Made by a program: the position numbers and the translations under genes
Source: Patescibacteria group bacterium
GTDB taxonomy: Bacteria; Patescibacteriota; Patescibacteriia; 2-01-FULL-39-33
Direction: 5' to 3'
DNA: 32,000 nt
Assembly (NCBI GenBank): GCA_041662745.1
Contig: JBAZRV010000003.1
Span: 108,051 to 140,050, forward strand
Shown here: positions 26,007 to 32,000 of the stretch, one piece after another
How the letters are laid out: every line of letters starts with the position of its first letter
Numbering within the stretch: the stretch's first letter is position 1
Notes under the pieces: generated by a model
The model's input: the letters and a program-made list of their open reading frames with translations, nothing else
What the model was told of the DNA's origin: nothing
The model's database searches: none

Positions 26007-27452
26007 ATGAAATACTTTCTTTACGCCCGCAAGTCAACAGACGAAGAGGAGCGTCAAGTCCTTTCTATTGAAGCCCAGCTCGCAGAGCTGATGGAGTTAG
26101 CCACCAAAGAAAAATTGGAAATTGCGGACTCGCTCTGCGAGTCCAAAACCGCCAAAGAACCAGGCCGAAAAATTTTTGGCGAAATGCTCTCTCGGATTGA
26201 AAAAGGTGAAGCCGACGGAATTTTAGCGTGGCACCCTGATCGATTGGCCAGAAATAGCGTGGACGGCGGTAAAATCATCTACATGGTGGATATCGGCCAG
26301 ATCAAAACGCTAAAATTCCCGACTTTTTGGTTTGAGAATACTCCGCAAGGGAAATTCATGCTCAATATCGCTTTCGGTCAGAGCAAATACTATGTTGATA
26401 ATTTAAGCGAAAATGTAAAACGCGGTTTCAGGCAAAAGCTAAGGCGCGGCGAATATCCTAACAAAGCGCCAATCGGTTATCTTAACGACCGTACAGCCAA
26501 AACCGTGCTTATTGATCCTCTACGCGCCAAGCTGATAATAAAAATGTTTGAAATGTATAACACAGGAGAATTTTCGCTTAAATTTCTTAAAGATAAGTTT
26601 TGCGATATCGGCTTGACCAGCAAGCGAGGCAAAATCCTGACTGTCGGCATGATTTCCAATATATTGAGCAATCCCTTTTATTGCGGAGTATTCAGGTTTA
26701 ATGGCGAAAAGTATCAAGGCAAATACGAGCCAATTATTTCCAAAAAGCTTTTTGATGAAGTTCAGGCGGTAATGAAAGATCGAGGCCGGCCATTAGGGCA
26801 AGATAAACACGACTTCGCCTTTACCGGACTGATGAAATGCAAATGTGGCGCCTGCATTACCGCCGAACGGCAAAAAGGCCATATCTATTATCGCTGTACG
26901 AAGAAAATGGGAATCTGCGACGAAAAATATATTCGCGAGGAAAACTTGCTGGAGCAATTCCATGGCCTTTTTCAAAAAGCTGTTTTGCCTGATGACTGGA
27001 TTCGTAATATGCTCGCCAAACTCGGCGAAGAAGAGAAAAGCGCTATCAAATCATCTTCTAGTCTGATTGATGAGGTAAAAACGCAAATAACGGTCACTGA
27101 AGGCAAGCTGGACAAGCTACTTGATGACCGATTAGAGGGTTTACTCGACAAGGACGACTATTTGCGCAAGAAAGAACAACTCATCAATCAGAAAATTGAT
27201 TTGGAGGACAAAATCCAGTCAATCAGGCAAACAGGAAATAATTGGCTCGAACCGATGAGAGAATTCCTTTTCGCCAATAAACAAACCAAAAAAGTCGCCA
27301 ACGACGGCGACCTTTTGGAAATCCGAGCATTTATTAAAAAAATCGGCTCGAACTTTATTTTGCAAGGCAAAAAATTTGAATTTAAGCCAAAAAACGGTTG
27401 GAATTCGGTTTTGAATTCGAAAAAATTGAACTGGCTGACTGACTCGGTCTAG
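26007..27452 (+). CDS. large serine recombinase (481 aa)
   Basis: Resolvase catalytic N-terminus MKYFLYARKSTDEEERQ..SIEAQ (nucleophile Ser in YARKST) and GILAWHPDRLARN. It also has a recombinase domain, a zinc ribbon (CKCGACITAE...YYRCTKK..C) and a coiled-coil tail. No SD or obvious promoter upstream. Confidence 0.9.
   Translation: MKYFLYARKSTDEEERQVLSIEAQLAELMELATKEKLEIADSLCESKTAKEPGRKIFGEMLSRIEKGEADGILAWHPDRLARNSVDGGKIIYMVDIGQIKTLKFPTFWFENTPQGKFMLNIAFGQSKYYVDNLSENVKRGFRQKLRRGEYPNKAPIGYLNDRTAKTVLIDPLRAKLIIKMFEMYNTGEFSLKFLKDKFCDIGLTSKRGKILTVGMISNILSNPFYCGVFRFNGEKYQGKYEPIISKKLFDEVQAVMKDRGRPLGQDKHDFAFTGLMKCKCGACITAERQKGHIYYRCTKKMGICDEKYIREENLLEQFHGLFQKAVLPDDWIRNMLAKLGEEEKSAIKSSSSLIDEVKTQITVTEGKLDKLLDDRLEGLLDKDDYLRKKEQLINQKIDLEDKIQSIRQTGNNWLEPMREFLFANKQTKKVANDGDLLEIRAFIKKIGSNFILQGKKFEFKPKNGWNSVLNSKKLNWLTDSV
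27333..27436 (+). repeat. repeats Z (27333-27362) and Y (27363-27436) inside the recombinase 3' end
   Basis: The partners of Z' and Y' described above. Y ends in the core TGAACTGGCT. Confidence 0.9.
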
Positions 27453-27733
27453 AACCGATCCATATCAAGTATTATAAGGGCTTTTCGAAAATATTTCCAG
27501 AGGCGATTTGAGGCGTCTCGGTCGGGGTAAAATATACTATGAAATGCGACAAATGCGACAGTACTTTGGAACTGTCTAAATATAGAATTTTGAGCAACAA
27601 AATGAGACAAATGAGACACAAAATGAGGTTTTCATAATGTAATATAAAAGTGTAATTTGTATCTAATTTTAGATTAAAAAAGAGCGAGACACACCTAAAA
27701 ATAACTGTCTCACTTTGTATAAAATTTTTGTGC

Positions 27734-27762
27734 TTGACAAACCTCTCAAAATAATATATAAT
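27734..27762 (+). promoter_or_regulatory. consensus sigma70 promoter of the radical SAM operon
   Basis: TTGACA (27734-27739), 17 nt spacer, TATAAT (27757-27762). Confidence 0.65.
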
Positions 27763-27855
27763 ATCATGTTAGTCAAAATGGCTAATTACTAAGAGGTACA
27801 TTAACATTTTACGGTATTTAACCAATCAACCCAACCCCAAACAAGGAGGAAATCC

Positions 27856-28968
27856 ATGAGTACTACGAACATGAGTTTTGCTATCAGACCGACAGACCGC
27901 TGTAACCTGAATTGTGACTATTGCTACGCCAGAGTCGCCGATCCAAAAGACATGAGTCCGGAGACACTGAGGTTGGTTTTGCAACGGATCGCCGATAGCT
28001 ATCCGGGGCATGTTACAATTAGTTGGACTGGCGGAGAACCGCTGCTGATGGGTCCCGATTTTTTTCAACGAATCGCCGAGATTCAGGCAGAGTTGCCGCA
28101 GGTGCAGTTTACCAATATTCTGCAAACCAATTTGACATTACTTCAGGATTGGGTCATCACTTTTTTGTCTGCTCACAATTGGCAGGTGCGCACCAGTCTC
28201 GATCTTCCGCCTGCCAATCATGACGAGCTGAGGATCAAAGGAAATTTCAATGCGACGATGATGCGCATACGGCGCCTACAAGAAGCCGGCGTGCCGGTCA
28301 ATATCAATACCGTCATAACGTCGAAAAACGTCGGATCAGCACCGGAGATATACTGGTTTCTTAATAACAACAGAATCAACAGTTTCTCTGTTTCGCGATT
28401 CATCTTGCAGGGTAACGGGGTGCAAAATGCCCATCTGGCAATTAAGGAGTCGACTCGTTTCGGCCGTTTCTTGATTGAATTGTTTGATCTTTGGATGGCC
28501 GATACCAGCGAAACGAAAATACGGAAAATCACGCCACTCAATACATTGATGGAAGCCTGCGAGTATTACATGCGCGGGAAAGTAAATCCGGAAGCGTGTT
28601 TCCATTGTCAAAATCAGGTTTACGCAATCGGACCGACTGGTGACATTTATCCGTCTTGCAACAAGTTTTTTGGCTTGCCCGGCACTTGCCTGGGCAACAT
28701 CTCTGAACTGGAGCTGGCGGACGTCACTGATTCTCCTGAACGCGTTGACTTTCTGGAACAGGTCAAGAAAGTTGGCGAGAAGGTTTGCATCGGCTGTCAG
28801 TACATGCCGATCTGCCGCGGTGGCTGTTACTATGTCGCTTTTGCCACTCTACCTGAATTGGACAAGATTACGAAACGTGACCAATTCTGCAAGGGATACT
28901 ATTTGGTGTTTGATCATATCATCGATTATCTGCAGAAAATGCGTCGAACAGAGGAGGCAATCCAATGA
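27856..28968 (+). CDS. radical SAM/SPASM-domain enzyme (370 aa), anSME-like architecture without an N-terminal RRE
   Basis: CNLNCDYC at residues 16-23, GGEPLL, and C-terminal auxiliary-cluster Cys motifs (CFHCQN..., CIGCQYMPICRGGCYY, FCKGYY). AGGAGG SD present. Confidence 0.85.
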   Translation: MSTTNMSFAIRPTDRCNLNCDYCYARVADPKDMSPETLRLVLQRIADSYPGHVTISWTGGEPLLMGPDFFQRIAEIQAELPQVQFTNILQTNLTLLQDWVITFLSAHNWQVRTSLDLPPANHDELRIKGNFNATMMRIRRLQEAGVPVNINTVITSKNVGSAPEIYWFLNNNRINSFSVSRFILQGNGVQNAHLAIKESTRFGRFLIELFDLWMADTSETKIRKITPLNTLMEACEYYMRGKVNPEACFHCQNQVYAIGPTGDIYPSCNKFFGLPGTCLGNISELELADVTDSPERVDFLEQVKKVGEKVCIGCQYMPICRGGCYYVAFATLPELDKITKRDQFCKGYYLVFDHIIDYLQKMRRTEEAIQ

Positions 28969-29978
28969 CTGCGATAACGACCATACCAGTGTTAAGATCG
29001 CTGAAGTTCGCGGTCGGCTATGACTGCAATATGCATTGCGGTTTCTGCCTTCAGCAAATGAGCGACCGAAAACCGATTCTGCCATTCGAGCTGGCTCATA
29101 AAATCCTGACGGAAGAAATGGTGGCTCGGGACGTACGACTTATTACTTTGACTGGCGGTGAACCGACCTTCGGCCCCTATCGTGAATTATCACTTAAGAT
29201 CATCAGGCTTGCCACGAGTCTGGGCATGGAGACGTCGATCTTCACTAATGGTGTTTTGCTTGATGATGCGACTCTCGATGAATTCAAGGTAGCCGGTCTG
29301 AGCCGTTTCCGGGTTAGTTTGTATGATCCGATTGATTGGACTGACGTCAGGAAACTGATCGCCGGATTGCGCCGGCGTGACTGGCCGACGATGTTCAAAT
29401 ACACAGTAACGAAAGAGAACTATCCGCTATTGGATTCTGTTCTCAAAATGTTGCCGGAAGCTGACATAGATTGGTTCCAGATTAAGCCGTACAATCGCTT
29501 GGAGATTGAACAGATCGACCAGCAGTACGAGCTTGAACCCAAGCAGGTACTGGCGATGGCCAAAACTTTGCTCGGTTTCCGCAGGAACTTTCCAGCGATC
29601 AAAGTTGATCTTCTGCCGCTCTGCTATGAATTCCTGGTGGATGACAGTTTGACTACCGATAACCTGAGTCTCTGCCACTGCGGCAAGGGTTCTCGCGGTT
29701 ACATGGTCATTGATCCCGAGGGCGAGGTTCGTATCTGCGGCGCTTATCCTGATCCGATCGGCAACGCCAATACCGACACCATCGCTGATTTGTGGATTAA
29801 CCATCCGCTATTAGCGCAAGTCAGGAATCTGGCAAATAGGCCGAGGCCAATCGAATGCCAGGACTGTAGCCATTGGGAAAAATGTGCTGCAACGGACTGC
29901 CATAGTGCGACCTTTGCCAAGTTCGGCAATTTCAATCATGGTAATCCGCAATGTCCGCTTATAGCCGGACGACAATAA
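28965..29978 (+). CDS. second radical SAM/SPASM(twitch)-domain enzyme (337 aa)
   Basis: CNMHCGFC, TGGEPTF and C-terminal CHCGKG...ICG, CQDCSHWEKCAATDCH. ATGA overlap with the upstream gene and a GAGGAGG SD. Confidence 0.85.
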   Translation: MTAITTIPVLRSLKFAVGYDCNMHCGFCLQQMSDRKPILPFELAHKILTEEMVARDVRLITLTGGEPTFGPYRELSLKIIRLATSLGMETSIFTNGVLLDDATLDEFKVAGLSRFRVSLYDPIDWTDVRKLIAGLRRRDWPTMFKYTVTKENYPLLDSVLKMLPEADIDWFQIKPYNRLEIEQIDQQYELEPKQVLAMAKTLLGFRRNFPAIKVDLLPLCYEFLVDDSLTTDNLSLCHCGKGSRGYMVIDPEGEVRICGAYPDPIGNANTDTIADLWINHPLLAQVRNLANRPRPIECQDCSHWEKCAATDCHSATFAKFGNFNHGNPQCPLIAGRQ

Positions 29979-29999
29979 CGTCAATAAACGTACATGATA

Positions 30000-30037
30000 C
30001 GCCGAGAACAAGGAAGTTCTCGGCGTGTTTTTATTTT
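30000..30037 (+). terminator. rho-independent terminator of the radical SAM operon
   Basis: cgccgagaac-aaggaa-gttctcggcg followed by a T-rich tract (tgtttttatttt). Confidence 0.7.
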
Positions 30038-30116
30038 GTCAAAATTATAGTTTCCAACAGCTTATCAACTCAGGCCCCCTGGACTCCCTAGCGGGGTTGC
30101 GTCATTCATTAGTTAT

Positions 30117-31430
30117 ATGAATGAAACAACAGCGCCTGTGGGGGCTACGGGCACGATAATAGCCCCGCCAAAGGTCAAGTACTGCCTTTATGCAAGGAAA
30201 TCAACTGAGTCAGAGGAGCGGCAGATCCTATCCATAGACAGCCAGATCAAGGAGATGCTCTTATTGGCAGAAAAGGAGGGTTTAGATGTCGTAACCATGA
30301 AGCGTGAATCGCACTCAGCTAAGGAAACCGGCCAGCGACCAGTTTTTAATGAGATTATTGAGGAGATTAAGTCAGGTCAGTACAATGGGATTCTGACTTG
30401 GGCGCCAGATCGCATTAGCAGGAATGCCGGTGACTTGGGTAAAATCGTAGATTTGATGGATTCCGGGCTATTAAAAGACATCCGGACTTACGGCCAGAGA
30501 TTCGGCAATAATCCTAATGAGAAATTCTTACTGATGATCTTGGGATCTCAGGCTAAGCTGGAAAATGACAATAAAGCGGTCAATGTTAAAAGAGGACTAC
30601 GAAGCCGGTGTGCCATGGGTTGGAGGCCGGGCCAGGCGCCAACCGGTTACCTTAATGAAAAACATGTCGACAAAAAATGCCAATGCCGGTTAGATCCCAA
30701 AAGAGCGCCGATTATCAAACAGATGTTTGAAAAAGTCGCTAATGAGGGCTGGAGTGGCCGAAAAGTCTACCGCTGGCTTAAAGACATTGATTTTAAGACT
30801 AAAAACGGCAAGCACCTGGTGCTTGCCAATATCTATATTCTTCTTAGAAATCCATTCTATTATGGCGAGTTCGAATATCCAGTCAAAAGTGGCGTTTGGT
30901 ATACCGGCAAACATACGCCGATTATTACTAGGGAGATTTACGATAAGGTTCAGCTATTGCTGAGCGACCGCTATGTATCCAGAACGGAAAGCAAGGAATT
31001 CGCTTTCACCAAATTGTTCAAATGCGGCTATTGCGGATCGGGCATCTCGGCCGATGAGAAATTTAAGAAACTAAAAGATGGCGGCACCAACCGCCATGTC
31101 TATTACTTTTGCACCAAAGCGAGGGATATTGATTGCAAAAATCAGCCGATCAATGAAACCGATTTGATCAGCGAGCTGAACCGCTTAATGGACAAGATTG
31201 ATCTGGATGAGCTTGGCGTCAAGAAAAAATTAGAGGATGAAATGAGAAGGTATAACCGATTCAATGTCGGAGTGCTAGGCAAAAAGCAAAAGGAATTCAA
31301 TCAAGATGTGGATATTAGAAATTATGCAAAATACCTGCTTAGAGATGGCACTATTTTGGAAAAGAGAGAATTATTGGGTTGCCTGAAAAGTAAGGCGATA
31401 TTGAAGGATAGGAAAATTATTTTGGAGTAG
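30117..31430 (+). CDS. large serine recombinase, paralog of 26007-27452 (437 aa)
   Basis: KYCLYARKSTESEERQILSIDSQ, GILTWAPDRISRN and the zinc ribbon CGYCGSG...YYFCTK..C. The N-terminal roughly 170 residues align with the first recombinase with many identities (by eye). Confidence 0.9.
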   Translation: MNETTAPVGATGTIIAPPKVKYCLYARKSTESEERQILSIDSQIKEMLLLAEKEGLDVVTMKRESHSAKETGQRPVFNEIIEEIKSGQYNGILTWAPDRISRNAGDLGKIVDLMDSGLLKDIRTYGQRFGNNPNEKFLLMILGSQAKLENDNKAVNVKRGLRSRCAMGWRPGQAPTGYLNEKHVDKKCQCRLDPKRAPIIKQMFEKVANEGWSGRKVYRWLKDIDFKTKNGKHLVLANIYILLRNPFYYGEFEYPVKSGVWYTGKHTPIITREIYDKVQLLLSDRYVSRTESKEFAFTKLFKCGYCGSGISADEKFKKLKDGGTNRHVYYFCTKARDIDCKNQPINETDLISELNRLMDKIDLDELGVKKKLEDEMRRYNRFNVGVLGKKQKEFNQDVDIRNYAKYLLRDGTILEKRELLGCLKSKAILKDRKIILE

Positions 31431-31483
31431 AAAAGTAATCAAAAATAATGCCTTCATAAAACTGTGGCATTTAGCTAATAATT

Positions 31484-31768
31484 TTACATTACACCCTCAG
31501 GACAATCAGTAATTATTTTTGTTGCTCGTTGTTTTCTATCCATCTCCTCTGCCTGTAAAGCCGAATTCAAATCGGCCAAATCATCAACTATTTTTGTTGC
31601 ATCTTTATAAACATTTTTTGCTTCATCATTCATTTTTGAAAGACTTATTTTAGGATCAAGCAATTTATGAACAAATCTATTTCTAATATTTTTATTAAAT
31701 TTTTTAAGATTTGCAATTAACTCCTTATCTTCGCAGTATTTATCTAGTTCAAAAATTAAATTTCCCAA
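31484..31768 (-). CDS. hypothetical helical protein with an RxxxxH (HEPN-like) motif; possibly 5'-truncated
   Basis: IRNRFVHKL fits Rx4H. The frame is open upstream to a TAA at about 31850 but contains no ATG, and the track start is a TTG. Confidence 0.3.
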   Translation of the reverse strand: MGNLIFELDKYCEDKELIANLKKFNKNIRNRFVHKLLDPKISLSKMNDEAKNVYKDATKIVDDLADLNSALQAEEMDRKQRATKIITDCPEGVM

Positions 31769-31955
31769 AGTATATTTTGAATATTTTTCTTCACTGGGGT
31801 CAATATAAAGAATTGTGTCAAATTTACTAAGTGTTAGACTTCCTGAAATTAAAAATTGATAAGTAACGATTGTTGAGACTGTAAAATATTATGTGTAAAT
31901 GGTATCTTGGGATGTAGGACGATTGGCGTCCTGCCTAACCCAAGATCCTATGCCT

Positions 31956-31990
31956 AAAACAAAAAGAAGGCCGGCTGTCGATGAGCCGGC
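31956..31990 (-). terminator. rho-independent terminator for a minus-strand gene lying beyond the right edge
   Basis: gccggct/agccggc stem (31970-31976/31984-31990) followed on the minus strand by CTTCTTTTTGTTTT. Confidence 0.5.
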
Positions 31991-32000
31991 GAATGAGTTG

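Larger units (their letters stand above)
22862..27440 (+). mobile_element. integrated large-serine-recombinase element (about 4.6 kb) with the recombinase gene at its right end
   Basis: Both junctions share the core TGAACTGG (22862-22869 and 27427-27434). An internal inverted block (25752-25944) joins the right-end sequence Y to the left-end sequence X across the same core. The cargo is strongly AT-rich compared with the flanks. Confidence 0.6.

Noticed and set aside
27542-27628. Tandem 9-mers as a CRISPR-like array
   Set aside because: The units are 9 nt long and directly abutting with no spacers, and there are only 2+3 copies. This is not CRISPR architecture.

Overview
The window has two parts. 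Positions 1-19.9 kb are a minus-strand housekeeping backbone. It resembles a small-genome, possibly CPR/Patescibacteria-like bacterium, but that is inferred only from compact proteins and gene content. It carries a uvrD/pcrA-like 5' end, tRNA-Gln(UUG), recR, a pseudouridine synthase and a GT2-GT4-flippase glycan cluster. It also carries the operon infA-rpmJ-rpsM-rpsK-rpsD-rpoA-rplQ-rplM-rpsI, a short alaS, plsC, mnmA and an HI0933-type flavoprotein. Many promoters match TTGACA-N16/17-TATAAT and many terminators are hairpin plus T-run. Two things stand out here. One is a roughly 0.78 kb ORF-free, GC-enriched, hairpin-dense unit at 1536-2322 with its own consensus promoter and terminator, a candidate large structured RNA of unknown class. 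The other is an rpoA whose alpha-CTD appears replaced by an acidic tail ending in an AT-hook-like KRGRPKK. Positions 20-32 kb are accessory. They hold a PEP-utilising (ATP-grasp plus swivel-His) dikinase-like protein and a gene interrupted by two in-frame TAG codons. Next comes a roughly 4.6 kb large-serine-recombinase (LSR) element at 22862-27440. Its ends and an internal inverted block share four inverted-repeat pairs: X 119 bp perfect, Y 74 bp with 1 mismatch, Z 30 bp perfect, W 20 bp perfect. These surround a very AT-rich cassette encoding an XRE regulator, two membrane proteins and a Cys-rich lipoprotein. After the element come a consensus-promoter operon of two radical-SAM/SPASM enzymes with no obvious substrate gene, a second paralogous LSR and a HEPN-like fragment. 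I rate the repeat architecture as the most interesting feature. It looks like attL/attR plus an inverted attP-like joint, and it offers three alternative 3' ends for the recombinase gene. No rRNA genes or CRISPR arrays were seen. All calls come from reading the sequence and the ORF translations; no database search was possible.
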